A stretch of 64,000 nucleotides of DNA from an uncultured Gemmatimonadaceae bacterium (GCA_963716745.1 OY970320.1:2720001-2784000); one strand, 5' to 3'. Shown: positions 23,589-34,324, counted from the stretch's first letter. Numbers and translations are program-made. The notes: a model not told the origin generated them from the sequence alone.

Positions 23589-26453
23589 ATGCCTGAAGAA
23601 CGGCTGATCGTTCGCGGTGCCCGCGAGCACAACCTTCAGAACATCGACGTCGAGATCCCCCGCGACCGCCTCACGGTGATCACGGGGCTCTCCGGCTCGG
23701 GCAAGAGTTCGCTCGCCTTCGACACGATCTACGCGGAGGGCCAGCGCCGCTATGTCGAGTCGCTCTCGGCGTACGCGCGCCAGTTCCTGGGCCTCATGGA
23801 GAAGCCGGACGTCGACGCGATCGAGGGGCTCTCGCCCGCGATCTCGATCGAGCAGAAGACCGCCGGCCACAATCCGCGGTCCACGGTCGGCACGGTCACG
23901 GAGATCTACGATTACCTGCGCCTCCTGTACGCGCGCGCCGGCACGCCGCACTGCCCCAACTGCGGCCGGCCCGTCGAGCGGCAGAGCGCCACGCAGATCG
24001 CCGAGCACGTGCTCGCCTGGCCCGACGGCACGAAGATCGAGGTGCTCGCTCCGCTCGTGCGCGGCCGCAAGGGAGAGTTCCGCGATCTCCTCGCGAACGC
24101 GCGCCAGCAGGGCTTCGTGCGCGCGGTGGTGGACGGCGCCGTCATCGAGCTCGCGTCGCCGCCCAAACTGAACAAGCAGCAGAATCACAGTATCTCGGTC
24201 GTGGTGGACCGGCTGGTCGCGCGCGAATCCGATCGCGGCCGACTCACGGACTCGCTCGAGACCGCGCTCAAGCTCGCCGACGGCCTCGTGGACGTGAAGC
24301 GCGCCGACACCGGCGAGACGCAGCTCTTCTCCGAGCGCTATGGGTGCGCCGTGTGCGGCATCTCGCTGCCCGAGCTCGAGCCGCGCCAGTTCTCGTTCAA
24401 TTCGCCGTTCGGTGCATGTCCGCGCTGCGGCGGACTCGGCACGGAACGCAACGTGAGCGAAGAACTCATCCTCGGCGATCCGAGCATCTCGATCCTCGAA
24501 GGCGTGATCCTGCCATGGGGCGAGCCCGCGGGGCATCTCCGCAAGACGATCCTGCCCGCGCTCGCCAAGCAGTACAAGTTCGATCTCAACGATGCATGGG
24601 GCTCGCTCGCGCCCAAGGTGCGCGAGGTGCTGCTCTACGGTACCGGCGGGAAGAAGACCACATTCCACGTGGACTCGGCTGCCTTCAAGGGCGATTACCA
24701 GGGCGCGTGGGAAGGCGTGATCGCGAATGTGCAGCGGCGCTACGCCGAGACGAGTTCCGATTCCGTGCGCGCGGAACTGCAGGAGTACATGGTGCAGGCC
24801 GCGTGCGGCACCTGCGGAGGCCGCCGGCTCAAGCCTGAATCGCTGGCGGTGACGGTGGCGGGCAAGAACATCGGCGAACTCGTGGAACTCTCGGTGGTGG
24901 AAGCGCGCACCTTCTTCGAGAGCGTGCCGGTGCGCGAGAAGGGGCGTCCCGGCCTCGACCCCGACATCGCCGGCCCCATCCTGAAGGAAGTGCGCGACCG
25001 ACTGCGCTTCCTCGTGGACGTCGGCCTCGACTATCTCACCATGGGCCGCAGTGCGGAATCGCTCTCGGGCGGCGAAGCGCAGCGCATTCGCCTCGCGACG
25101 CAGATCGGATCGCGGCTCGTCGGCGTGCTCTATATCCTCGACGAACCGAGCATCGGCCTCCACCAGCGCGACAATGCGCGCCTTCTCGGCACGCTGCGGC
25201 AGCTGCGCGATCTCGGCAACACGGTGATCGTCGTCGAGCACGACGAAGAGACGATGCGCGCTGCGGACCATCTCATCGATCTCGGGCCGGGCGCCGGCCG
25301 CCACGGCGGACACGTGATCGCCGCCGGCACGGTGGATGAAGTGGAGCGGAACGCATCATCGCTCACGGGTCGTTATCTCAGCGGCGCGCTGCGCATCGAG
25401 GTGCCCGCCGAGCGGCGCGCGCCGCGCAAGGGTTACGCGCTGCGCGTGGAGCACGCGCGCCAGCACAATCTGCGGGATCTCACGGTGGAATTCCCGCTCG
25501 GCCTGTTCGTCGCCGTCACCGGCGTGTCGGGCTCGGGGAAGTCCACGCTCGTGGAAGACATTCTGCAGCGCGCGCTCGCGCGCCATTTCTATCGCGCACG
25601 CGTCATCCCCGGCCAGCACGGCGCGGTGACGGGGCTCGAACATATCGACAAGGTCATCGACATCGACCAGAGCCCGATCGGCCGCACACCGCGCTCGAAT
25701 CCCGCGACGTACACCGGGCTCTTCACGCCGATCCGCGAACTGTTCGCCGAACTCCCCGACGCGAAGATCCGCGGCTACGGGCCCGGCCGCTTCTCGTTCA
25801 ACGTGAAGGGCGGCCGCTGCGAGGCGTGCCAGGGCGATGGACTCGTGAAGATCGAGATGCACTTCCTGCCCGATGTGTACGTGCCCTGCGAGGTGTGCAA
25901 GGGCAAGCGCTACAATCGCGAGACGCTCGAGGTGCGCTTCCGCGGCGCGAACATCGCCGAGGTGCTCGATCTCACGGTGGAAGATGCCGCGCAGTTCTTC
26001 GAGAACCAGCCGCGCATCCGCCAGAAGCTCGAGACGCTCGTGGACGTCGGACTCGGCTACGTGCACCTCGGCCAGAGCGCCACGACGCTCTCCGGCGGCG
26101 AAGCGCAGCGCGTGAAGCTCGCGACCGAACTCTCCAAGCGCGACACTGGACGCACCTTGTACATTCTCGATGAGCCCACCACCGGGCTCCATTTCGAGGA
26201 TGTGCGCATGCTGCTGCAGGTGCTGCACCGGTTGGTCGACCGCGGCAATTCGGTGCTCGTGATCGAGCACAATCTGGACGTGATAAAAACGGCGGACTGG
26301 ATCATCGATCTCGGTCCCGATGGCGGCGCGCGCGGTGGCCAGATCGTCGCTGCCGGCACGCCGGAGGATGTGGCGCGCGTGGATGCGTCGTACACCGGGC
26401 GCTATCTCAAGCCGATGCTGGCGCCCGCGCGCCGCACCGCGAAGGCGGGCTGA
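23589..26453 (+). CDS. uvrA: Excinuclease ABC subunit A
   Basis: GAREHNL, two Walker A motifs ([18 protein letters not shown]), LSGGEAQR twice, zinc fingers. Confidence 0.97.
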   Translation: MPEERLIVRGAREHNLQNIDVEIPRDRLTVITGLSGSGKSSLAFDTIYAEGQRRYVESLSAYARQFLGLMEKPDVDAIEGLSPAISIEQKTAGHNPRSTVGTVTEIYDYLRLLYARAGTPHCPNCGRPVERQSATQIAEHVLAWPDGTKIEVLAPLVRGRKGEFRDLLANARQQGFVRAVVDGAVIELASPPKLNKQQNHSISVVVDRLVARESDRGRLTDSLETALKLADGLVDVKRADTGETQLFSERYGCAVCGISLPELEPRQFSFNSPFGACPRCGGLGTERNVSEELILGDPSISILEGVILPWGEPAGHLRKTILPALAKQYKFDLNDAWGSLAPKVREVLLYGTGGKKTTFHVDSAAFKGDYQGAWEGVIANVQRRYAETSSDSVRAELQEYMVQAACGTCGGRRLKPESLAVTVAGKNIGELVELSVVEARTFFESVPVREKGRPGLDPDIAGPILKEVRDRLRFLVDVGLDYLTMGRSAESLSGGEAQRIRLATQIGSRLVGVLYILDEPSIGLHQRDNARLLGTLRQLRDLGNTVIVVEHDEETMRAADHLIDLGPGAGRHGGHVIAAGTVDEVERNASSLTGRYLSGALRIEVPAERRAPRKGYALRVEHARQHNLRDLTVEFPLGLFVAVTGVSGSGKSTLVEDILQRALARHFYRARVIPGQHGAVTGLEHIDKVIDIDQSPIGRTPRSNPATYTGLFTPIRELFAELPDAKIRGYGPGRFSFNVKGGRCEACQGDGLVKIEMHFLPDVYVPCEVCKGKRYNRETLEVRFRGANIAEVLDLTVEDAAQFFENQPRIRQKLETLVDVGLGYVHLGQSATTLSGGEAQRVKLATELSKRDTGRTLYILDEPTTGLHFEDVRMLLQVLHRLVDRGNSVLVIEHNLDVIKTADWIIDLGPDGGARGGQIVAAGTPEDVARVDASYTGRYLKPMLAPARRTAKAG

Positions 26454-26457
26454 CCGC

Positions 26458-27126
26458 ATGGTCTCGCTGCTCGACATCATCGGCCCCGTCATGGTGGGCC
26501 CATCCAGTTCCCACACCGCGGGCGCATGCCGCATCGGTCTGCTCGCGCGCGGGCTCGTGCGCGGCACGCCGCAGTCGGCGCGCATCGAGTTGCACGGGTC
26601 GTTCGCGCGCACCGGCGAGGGGCATGGCACGGACAAGGCGATCGCCGCGGGGCTCCTCGGCTTCCGCCCCGACGACGCGCGCATCCGCGATGCCCTCGAC
26701 ATCGCTGAGCGTGAGGGTCTTGCCTATCGCTTCGAGAAGACCACGCTCGCCGACGATGCGCATCCGAACACCGTGCGCCTCACGGTCACGCGCGGCGACG
26801 AGACGCACGTCGTGACCGCGTCCTCGATCGGCGCCGGCCGCATCGTGCTCAGTGAAGTGGACGGCTATCCGGTGGAAGTGAACGGCAACCTCCACACGAT
26901 CGTGGTGGTGGCCGAGGACCGCCCTGGCTCGGTGGCGCGCATCGCCGGGATCCTCGCCGAGGAGAAAGTGAACCTCGCGACGATGCGACTCACGCGCCTC
27001 GCGCGCGGCGGCGACGCGTTCATGGTGCTCGAGTGCGACGACGCCGCGAGCGACCACGCGATCGCCGCGATCGAGAAGCTCGAGTGGGTGCGCTGGGCGC
27101 GCCGCCTCGACAAAGTGGGCGGCTGA
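26458..27126 (+). CDS. sdaAB: L-serine dehydratase beta subunit (with ACT domain)
   Basis: IGPVMVGPSSSHTAGA, GHGTDKA, HPNT. Confidence 0.93.
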   Translation: MVSLLDIIGPVMVGPSSSHTAGACRIGLLARGLVRGTPQSARIELHGSFARTGEGHGTDKAIAAGLLGFRPDDARIRDALDIAEREGLAYRFEKTTLADDAHPNTVRLTVTRGDETHVVTASSIGAGRIVLSEVDGYPVEVNGNLHTIVVVAEDRPGSVARIAGILAEEKVNLATMRLTRLARGGDAFMVLECDDAASDHAIAAIEKLEWVRWARRLDKVGG

Positions 27127-27127
27127 C

Positions 27128-28012
27128 ATGTATAAGTCGCTCGCCGACGCCATTCGCGACGCCGAATCGCGCCACGTGCCGCTCTCGCGCGTCGCGCTCG
27201 ACGCCGAAGCGAAGGACCAGGGACGCCCGGTCGCCGAGATCCGCGATGCCCTTCGTCGCGCGCTCGAGGTGATGCGCGGCGCCGTGGATCGCGGCATGGT
27301 CGGCGACCTGTACTCGGCATCCGGCCTCGTGGGCGGCGACGCGGCCAAGCTCCGCACCGGCCCGAAAGGCCCGCTCGGCGACACGCTCTTCCGCGACGTG
27401 CTCGCGCGCGCCCTCTCGGTGCAGGAAGTGAACGCCGCCATGGGCGTGATCGTCGCCGCACCCACGGCGGGCGGCGCGGGCGTCGTGCCCGCGGTGCTCA
27501 CCGGCGTCGCCTCCGCGCGCGATCTGGATGATGAGAAACTCATCGATGCCCTCGCCACCGCCGGCCTCATCGGCGCGGTGGTGGCCGAGCGCGCGTCGCT
27601 CTCGGGCGCGGAGGGCGGCTGTCAGGCCGAGACCGGCGCCGCCGCCGCGATGGCCGCCGGCGCCACGGTCGAGATGATCGGCGGCACGCCGTCGCAATCG
27701 GGACACGCGGTCGCGCTCACGATGCAGGGCATGCTCGGTCTCATCTGCGATCCGCTCGGCGGCCTCGTCGAGCTCCCCTGCGTCTATCGCAACGCGACCG
27801 GTTCGGCCATCGCGCTCGCCGGGATCGAGATGGCGATGGCCGGCGTCACCTTCGCGATCCCGGTGGACGAAGTGATCGACGTGATGGGCGAAGTCGGCCG
27901 CGGCATGGACGTGCGCTACCGCGAGACCGCGGGCGGCGGCCTGGCCGCGACGCCCACTGGGCGCCGCCTCGCGCGCGAGCGCCTCGTGCAGCTCAAGCGC
28001 GCGGGCGACTAG
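27128..28012 (+). CDS. sdaAA: L-serine dehydratase alpha subunit (Fe-S)
   Basis: APTAGGAG, GAEGGCQAE, LGLICDP, PCVYRN, YRETAGGGLA. Confidence 0.93.
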   Translation: MYKSLADAIRDAESRHVPLSRVALDAEAKDQGRPVAEIRDALRRALEVMRGAVDRGMVGDLYSASGLVGGDAAKLRTGPKGPLGDTLFRDVLARALSVQEVNAAMGVIVAAPTAGGAGVVPAVLTGVASARDLDDEKLIDALATAGLIGAVVAERASLSGAEGGCQAETGAAAAMAAGATVEMIGGTPSQSGHAVALTMQGMLGLICDPLGGLVELPCVYRNATGSAIALAGIEMAMAGVTFAIPVDEVIDVMGEVGRGMDVRYRETAGGGLAATPTGRRLARERLVQLKRAGD

Positions 28013-28136
28013 CGGCGCGTCCGCTGTCGTTATCCGCCGGCCCGCGCTATCTTCGAAACACGGGCCCGGGCCCGGTCGTACAGGCAAAGAGAGTCTCCCG
28101 TTCCACCCGACGCACCACCGAAACCACGGAACATCC

Positions 28137-28541
28137 ATGGTATCGAAAGAGGACCTCGAAGGATTCCTCGAACGTCTCGCCAACGAAGGCGCGAGCCACA
28201 ACGAGATCAATCCCGGCATGTGGATCGTCAAGCCGAGCGGTGCGCTCGACGCGGACGTGGTCGTCCATTATTCGCCGCCGGTCGTCCTGTTGCGGCTGAA
28301 GGTCATGGAGGTCCCGAAGGACAAGAAGTCGCACGAGAAGCTCTATCGCCGTCTGCTCGAGTTCAACGCGAGCGAACTGGTGCACGGCTCCTATGGCATC
28401 GAGGGCGATGCCGTGGTGCTCACCGAGGCGCTCGAGCTTGGACATCTCGACTATGAAGAATTCCTCGCCAGCTTCGAATCAATGACGCTCTCCCTCACCG
28501 CGCACATGCGGGAGCTGGCGCAGTTCCGCGAGGTACGCTGA
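28137..28541 (+). CDS. YbjN / type III chaperone-like (CesT fold) protein
   Basis: Small acidic protein, LYRRLLEFNASELVHGSYGI; directly upstream of pspA. Confidence 0.7.
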   Translation: MVSKEDLEGFLERLANEGASHNEINPGMWIVKPSGALDADVVVHYSPPVVLLRLKVMEVPKDKKSHEKLYRRLLEFNASELVHGSYGIEGDAVVLTEALELGHLDYEEFLASFESMTLSLTAHMRELAQFREVR

Positions 28542-28543
28542 CC

Positions 28544-29332
28544 ATGGGCATCTTCGACCGTTTGTCCTCATTGCTGAGGTCGAACATCAACGATCTCATC
28601 TCCCGGGCCGAAGACCCGGAGAAGATGCTGCATCAGATCATCATCGACATGCGCACGCAGCTCGCGAAGGCCAAGCAGCAGGTGGCCGGCGCGATCGCGG
28701 ACGAGAAGCGTCTGAAGGACCAGGTGGACGCCGAGTACAAGCTCGCCGCCGAATGGGAATCGCGCGCGATGCTCGCGGTGAAGGAAGGCCGCGACGATCT
28801 CGCGAAGCAGGCGCTCATGCGCAACAACGAGCACACGACGCACGCGCAGACGCTCGACGCCACGTGGCAGCAGCATCAGGCCGAGACCGAGAAGCTCAAG
28901 AACTCGCTGCGCGACCTGAACGACAAGATCGAAGAGGCGCGCCGCAAGAAGAACCTGCTCATCGCGCGCCAGAAGCGCTCGGAGGCGCAGAAGCGGATCG
29001 CTGAGACGATGTCGTCGATGTCCGAGAAGTCGGCGTTCGAGGCGTTCTCGCGCATGGAGGCGCGCATCGAGGACAACGAGCGCCGCGTGATCGCGAACGT
29101 CGAGATCGATGAAGAGTTCAGCGGAGACCGGCTCGCCAAGGACTTCAAGGTGCTCGAAAAGGGCGCGGGTGCCGCGAGCGCCGAGGCGCAGCTGCTCGCG
29201 CTCAAGCAGAAGATGGGCATGCTCGGCGCGGGATCGAGCGCGCCAGCCAAGCGCATCGGAGCCGGTGAGAAGGACGCCGAGACCGTGCACGCCGAGATCG
29301 AGGACGCTTCCGGGGAGAAGAAGAAGGCGTGA
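28544..29332 (+). CDS. pspA: PspA/IM30 family protein
   Basis: MGIFDRLSSLLRSNINDLISRAEDPEKML, GRDDLAKQAL, coiled coil. Confidence 0.93.
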   Translation: MGIFDRLSSLLRSNINDLISRAEDPEKMLHQIIIDMRTQLAKAKQQVAGAIADEKRLKDQVDAEYKLAAEWESRAMLAVKEGRDDLAKQALMRNNEHTTHAQTLDATWQQHQAETEKLKNSLRDLNDKIEEARRKKNLLIARQKRSEAQKRIAETMSSMSEKSAFEAFSRMEARIEDNERRVIANVEIDEEFSGDRLAKDFKVLEKGAGAASAEAQLLALKQKMGMLGAGSSAPAKRIGAGEKDAETVHAEIEDASGEKKKA

Positions 29333-30429
29333 GCGCAGTGCCCGCGGAACGTGATCTGAAGTTCGTGATCCTCGTCGAAGGCCAGTTCGGTCCGCTCACT
29401 TCCAAGACCGCGAATTCGTGCATCCGGTACACGCCGGAGCGCGTGAGCGCGGTGATCGATTCGCGCCGCGCCGGCAAGACCTCGCAGCAGATCCTCGGCT
29501 TCGGCGGCGCGATCCCGGTCGTCGCGAGCGTCGAGGCCGCGATGGCGGTGAAACCGACGCCGAACGCGCTCCTCATCGGCGTCGCGCCAATGGGCGGCAA
29601 GCTGCCCGCCGAGTGGCGCGCGATGGTGTTCGCCGCGCTCGACCGCCGGCTCGAGATCTGGAGCGGGCTGCACACGTTCATCGGCGACGATCCGGAGTTC
29701 GCGGCGCGCGCGCGCGAGCGCGGCGTGGCGATCCACGATCTGCGGAAGCCGCCGGCCGATCTGCCTGTCGCCGGCGGGCGCGTGCGCGGCGTGGATGCGA
29801 CGGTGGTGCTCACCGTCGGCACCGATTGCAACATCGGCAAGATGACCGCGGCGCTGCAGGTGCGCGACGCACTGCGCGCGCGCGATCTGCGCGTGCGCTT
29901 CGCCGGCACGGGACAGACCGGCATCCTCATCGAAGGGTGGGGCACCGCGGTGGACGCCGTGATCGCCGACTTCATCGCGGGTGCGGCCGAGCGCCTCGTG
30001 GTCGAAGCGGCGAATGGCGCGGACATCGTGCTCGTCGAGGGGCAGGGGTCGGTGATCCACCCGGGCTACTCGGGCGTCACGATGGGTCTCATCCACGGCT
30101 CGCTGCCGCACGCGATGGTGATGTGCCACCAACCGTCGCGCAAACACATCGGCAACAACACGTGGGTCACGATCCCGCCGCTGCCGGCGTTCATCAAGCT
30201 GCACGAGGCGATCGTGGCGCATCTGCGCCCTGCGCCGGTGATCGCGGTGTCGCTCAACACGTACGATCTGTCGCTGCGCGCGGCGAAGGCGGCCATCGCG
30301 AAGACGGAGCGGTCCACAGGACTGCCGACGACCGATCCCGTGCGCTTCGATCCGGCTCCCATCGCGGACGCGATCGACCGCTTCCACCGCCGGCGCACGA
30401 AGCGCCCCGCGAAGAAGCGCTCTCGCTAG
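29329..30429 (+). CDS. DUF1611 family P-loop protein (DgcN-like)
   Basis: VGTDCNIGKMT, TGQTGILI, DFIAGA, VEGQGS. Confidence 0.88.
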   Translation: MSAVPAERDLKFVILVEGQFGPLTSKTANSCIRYTPERVSAVIDSRRAGKTSQQILGFGGAIPVVASVEAAMAVKPTPNALLIGVAPMGGKLPAEWRAMVFAALDRRLEIWSGLHTFIGDDPEFAARARERGVAIHDLRKPPADLPVAGGRVRGVDATVVLTVGTDCNIGKMTAALQVRDALRARDLRVRFAGTGQTGILIEGWGTAVDAVIADFIAGAAERLVVEAANGADIVLVEGQGSVIHPGYSGVTMGLIHGSLPHAMVMCHQPSRKHIGNNTWVTIPPLPAFIKLHEAIVAHLRPAPVIAVSLNTYDLSLRAAKAAIAKTERSTGLPTTDPVRFDPAPIADAIDRFHRRRTKRPAKKRSR

Positions 30430-30694
30430 CCGCCGGATCGCGCGCGCGAATGGGTGCGCGTGCAATGATCGGATGACGGTCTTCTGACCGTCCCCATATA
30501 TGCTCTCGTCACGATCCCAGCGGTGCGCTGCCGAGTGCGCTGTTGGCGACCCCACCACCGGTGGCGTGTCGCGTCGTGGCGCCCGTAGTCGCGCCGACGC
30601 CCGCCGCTGGGACGCGAGCCCGAGCGCCCGCGCCAGGTCGAGGTCGGGCAGGGCATCTCCCGCGGCCGCGCGGGAACAGCACGTGGAGTCACCA

Positions 30695-31624
30695 ATGCGT
30701 CTTGCGACAATCGGCGGCGCCGCCGCCTTCGTTCTTGCGAGTGTGGTCGTCGCATGCTCGGATCAGCCAGGGAGTCCGAGCGCCGCCATCACCGCGCCGC
30801 GTTCGGGAATGCTCGAGGGCTCGCGGTTCCGGTTGCAGGGGATGGGCAGCGTGAATATCCGGACCGCCAACGGCGTCATCGCGCGCGCGCTGCCCGGGTG
30901 GACGGCCACCGGCACCGCGCGCGGCGGCGTGGTGAGCGACGAGAGCGGATCCTCGCCGCTCGGTGTGATCGCGATCTCGGCCTCGCTCGTGAGGCCGAAT
31001 GGCGGCGACCGCCAGACAACGCTCACCGATGCTGAAGGAAATCATCTCACCGTCGCATTCTATGGCGGCACGAACGGCTCGCCGGTGCGCGCGGTGCGAT
31101 TCTATAAGAACGGCGCGCTCGAGTACGCGACGGACTACGAATGGGCGAGCGCCGCAGGCGGCTGGGTGCTCCGCTCGGTGACACGCGTCGTGATGCGCGA
31201 TGGGCAGGTCGCGGCGAGGATCCACGTGAGCGCTTCCGGTGCGGTCCAGATGGCATCTCGCGGCGTCGCGGGCGACATGCTCGCACAACTCGGAGCGTCG
31301 GCGATGCGCGCCGTCGCGCCTCACGATCTCGCGGCGCAGGACATCCTCTCGGGGCAGTGCCGCAAACAAGCGCTCGACTATTACGCCGCCCAGGCTGCCC
31401 TCTCGGCCGCAATCATCGCGTTCGAAACGAATCCGAACTATGTGACCGCATTGCTCGTCGCGGCTGCGTCCGCGAAGGCGACGACCGCCGAAATGACCTA
31501 CTGGCTGTGTCTCGAGAACCAGCAGAGCAAACAGAACCCGATCGGCACGCCGCCTCCGGGTCCGGTCATTTGCAACAATTCGCCAACTGTCGACCCGTTC
31601 TGTTCACCGCCGGATCAGCAGTGA
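30695..31624 (+). CDS. Hypothetical lipoprotein with Cys-flanked hydrophobic C-terminal hairpin
   Basis: Lipobox VVAC after a hydrophobic leader; C-terminal QCRK...AALSAAIIAF...ALLVAAASAKA...WLCLE. Confidence 0.7.
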   Translation: MRLATIGGAAAFVLASVVVACSDQPGSPSAAITAPRSGMLEGSRFRLQGMGSVNIRTANGVIARALPGWTATGTARGGVVSDESGSSPLGVIAISASLVRPNGGDRQTTLTDAEGNHLTVAFYGGTNGSPVRAVRFYKNGALEYATDYEWASAAGGWVLRSVTRVVMRDGQVAARIHVSASGAVQMASRGVAGDMLAQLGASAMRAVAPHDLAAQDILSGQCRKQALDYYAAQAALSAAIIAFETNPNYVTALLVAAASAKATTAEMTYWLCLENQQSKQNPIGTPPPGPVICNNSPTVDPFCSPPDQQ

Positions 31625-31698
31625 TGCGTTCCAACGTTGTGCGGCGCCGGCGATCTGTCCGGCGCCGCGCAACGCCTCTTCAACCAGACGGAGGACCC

Positions 31699-32076
31699 AT
31701 GTCTCGATCGTGGATCACTGGGGCGATCATCATCGTTGCCAGCTTGCTCGCCCTCATCGTCGCGTCGCCGCTGGGCGTCCGATTCGGCTCCGAGTGGATG
31801 CCCGCGATCGATTTCGCGGTCGGCTCGACGCTCGTGTTGGTCGCGTTCCTCGAGGGCGCGCGCGCGTTCGGCGCGTGGTTCAACCGCCGCGCGTCGCTCG
31901 CGTGGATCGCGGGCGGGCTTGTCACGGCGGCCGCGATGTTCGCAGCGGGCACGTCGTTCATGATCCACGCGCGCCACATGGAGAATGATTCGATCGTCAC
32001 GATCGGCATCATCGTCGCTTTGCTCGGAACGCAGTGGCAGGCGCGCGCCGCTCGGCGGAGCGCGTCGCCGGCGTGA
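31699..32076 (+). CDS. Small 4-TM membrane protein
   Basis: RBS ggagga then ATG; four hydrophobic segments. Confidence 0.7.
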   Translation: MSRSWITGAIIIVASLLALIVASPLGVRFGSEWMPAIDFAVGSTLVLVAFLEGARAFGAWFNRRASLAWIAGGLVTAAAMFAAGTSFMIHARHMENDSIVTIGIIVALLGTQWQARAARRSASPA

Positions 32077-32576
32077 GACCTGCGTCGCCGGCGCGGCGGT
32101 GGACCGGCACCGCGCCGGCGAGACTGCGGTTCGATTGGGTGCACAAGTCCTACGTGGCAGGCGTGCCCGGATGTTCCGCGCGCGTTCGCGTGTTGTGTGG
32201 CGTGAGATTGTCGGTTCGACCTGGCGAGCTCGTCGCGATCGCGGGCAATGCTGGGTCGGGCAAGAGCACCTTGTTGCTCTGCGCTGAGGGGCTCATGCGC
32301 CCGGATCTCGGATCGGTGCGCCGCAGTCGCGGGGAGTTGTTGTGCGTCGATGATGCGCCTGATCTTGCCGCACTCGCCCGCGCGGCCGCGCGGGGCGCCG
32401 CAGTGCTCGCCGCCGTGCGCGATCCGGCGCGTGCCGTCGAGATCGGCGCGCGGGTGCTCGTGCTGCACGATGGCCGGCTCACACCCTTCGCTGCGCCTGC
32501 GGCGGCGCGCGATGCGGCGCGCCGTGTCGCCGAGCGTGTGCGCCGGTCCGTTGACCGTGTCGCACGAGGGGCCTAG
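32073..32576 (+). CDS. Truncated ABC-type ATPase domain protein
   Basis: Walker A GNAGSGKST, Walker B-like LLCVDD, C-terminal RVLVLHDGRL; no signature motif. Confidence 0.6.
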   Translation: MRPASPARRWTGTAPARLRFDWVHKSYVAGVPGCSARVRVLCGVRLSVRPGELVAIAGNAGSGKSTLLLCAEGLMRPDLGSVRRSRGELLCVDDAPDLAALARAAARGAAVLAAVRDPARAVEIGARVLVLHDGRLTPFAAPAAARDAARRVAERVRRSVDRVARGA

Positions 32577-32579
32577 CTT
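32551..32579 (+). promoter_or_regulatory. Sigma70-type promoter of cysS
   Basis: TTGACC-N17-TAGCTT. Confidence 0.55.
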
Positions 32580-32619
32580 CCGAATCGCCTCCGCCGATCG
32601 CAATCCCGCCGCCGCGCCG

Positions 32620-34032
32620 ATGACCGAATTCCGTCTCTACAACACGCTCACGAGGCGCGTCGAACCCTTCGCGCCCGCCGATGGCCGCACGGTGCGCATG
32701 TACACGTGCGGACCCACCGTGTACAACCCGGCGCACCTCGGCAATTTCCGCACGTTCCTGTTCGAGGATCTGCTGCGGCGCGCGCTGCGGCTGCACGGGT
32801 GGAGCGTGATGCAGGTGATGAACCTCACCGATGTGGATGACAAGATCATCGCGCGCGCGACCGAACGCGGGCTCACGATCACGCAGGTCACCGCGTCGCC
32901 CACCGAGGCGTTCCATCGCGACCGCGAGTTCCTGCGCATCGAGAGCGCCGAGATCTATCCGAAGGCGACCGACCACATCCCCGAGATGATCGCGATGGTG
33001 CAGGCGCTCGAGGCGAAGGGATTGGCGTACAAGGCCGAGGACGGCTCGGTGTATTTCGCGATCGCCAAGTTCCCGGAGTACGGGCGGCTGTCGCGTCTCG
33101 ATACGCGCGAGATCCGCGCCGGTGCGCGCGTCGCGGCGGATGACTACAACAAAGAGGACGTGCGCGATTTCGCACTCTGGAAGGCCGCGAAACCCGAGGA
33201 TGAGAAAGCGGGCGCGGCCTGGGATTCTCCCTGGGGACGCGGACGTCCCGGCTGGCATCTCGAGTGCTCGGCGATGGCCAAGCGCTACCTGGGCGAGACG
33301 CTCGACCTGCATGCCGGCGGCGTGGACCTGATCTTCCCGCATCATGAGGACGAGATCGCTCAGAGCGAGGGTGCGAACGGCGTGACGTTCGCGCGCTGCT
33401 GGTGCCATGGTGAGTTCCTCCTCACCGAGGGCGCGAAGATGGCGAAGCGGGTGGGGAACGTCGCGAACGTGGAGGACATTCGCGAGCGCGGGATCTCGCC
33501 GGCGGCGGTGCGGCATTTCATGTTCAACGTGCACTATCGCAAGCAGCTGAACCTCACGGACGAGGCGCTCGAGGCGAGCATCGTAGCGGTGCGCCGCATC
33601 GGGGAATTCGCCGCGCGATTGGCCGCCGCGGAGTCGGGAACGCCGGCGATGGCGAAGGCGGCGGAGGAGTTAGAGCAGGATGCGAGCGCGGCGCTCTTCG
33701 AGGACTTGAACGCGCCGGAGGCGCTGGGTGCATTGTTCAAGTTCCTGAACCGAATGAACGCGGAATTGGATGCCGGCGGGATCGACACGGCCGGTCTCGA
33801 GCGCGCGCGCGCGGCGTTCGCGAAGGTGAATGGCGTGCTGGACCTCGTGCCCGAGGCGGCGCGGGTGGACACCGAGTTGGCGGCGTGGGTGGACGATCGT
33901 TTAGCGGCCCGGGTGGCGGCCCGAGCGGCGCGCGATTTCGCGACCGCAGACGCGGTGCGGAAGGAGCTGGAAGGGCGCGGGATCGCGATCGAGGACACGC
34001 CTCAGGGGACACGGTGGAAGAAGCTGCGGTAG
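32620..34032 (+). CDS. cysS: Cysteine--tRNA ligase
   Basis: YTCGPTVY, HLGN, TDVDDK, GRPGWHLECS, DLIFPHHEDE, KMAKR. Confidence 0.96.
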   Translation: MTEFRLYNTLTRRVEPFAPADGRTVRMYTCGPTVYNPAHLGNFRTFLFEDLLRRALRLHGWSVMQVMNLTDVDDKIIARATERGLTITQVTASPTEAFHRDREFLRIESAEIYPKATDHIPEMIAMVQALEAKGLAYKAEDGSVYFAIAKFPEYGRLSRLDTREIRAGARVAADDYNKEDVRDFALWKAAKPEDEKAGAAWDSPWGRGRPGWHLECSAMAKRYLGETLDLHAGGVDLIFPHHEDEIAQSEGANGVTFARCWCHGEFLLTEGAKMAKRVGNVANVEDIRERGISPAAVRHFMFNVHYRKQLNLTDEALEASIVAVRRIGEFAARLAAAESGTPAMAKAAEELEQDASAALFEDLNAPEALGALFKFLNRMNAELDAGGIDTAGLERARAAFAKVNGVLDLVPEAARVDTELAAWVDDRLAARVAARAARDFATADAVRKELEGRGIAIEDTPQGTRWKKLR

Positions 34033-34056
34033 CGAGAGATAGGGCACTTCGCGGTC

Positions 34057-34085
34057 TTGACGGTTGCGCACCATTTGTTTAGTTT
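34057..34085 (+). promoter_or_regulatory. Sigma70-type promoter of the tRNA-tuf operon
   Basis: TTGACG-N17-TAGTTT, 26 nt upstream of tRNA-Thr. Confidence 0.7.
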
Positions 34086-34111
34086 GCAAGTCTCGCGCAA
34101 AACGGCCGTCT

Positions 34112-34184
34112 GCTGACGTAGCTCAATTGGCAGAGCACCTGATTTGTAATCAGGCGGTTGCGAGTTCGATTCTCGCCGTCAGCT
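34112..34184 (+). tRNA. tRNA-Thr (UGU)
   Basis: Cloverleaf GCTGACG...CGTCAGC, anticodon arm cctga-tt-TGT-aa-tcagg, TTCGA loop. Confidence 0.95.
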
Positions 34185-34241
34185 CTGGTGCAAGCTCGCG
34201 TCGCGTAGAGTACGTCCGGCGGTCGGCCGTTTGCGTAACAC

Positions 34242-34324
34242 GGTGGGGTACCCAAGCGGCCAACGGGAGCAGACTGTAAATCTGCCGGCTCACGCCTTCG
34301 AAGGTTCGAATCCTTCCCCCACCA
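34242..34324 (+). tRNA. tRNA-Tyr (GUA)
   Basis: GGTGGGG/CCCCACC acceptor stem, gcaga-ct-GTA-aa-tctgc, long variable arm. Confidence 0.95.
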
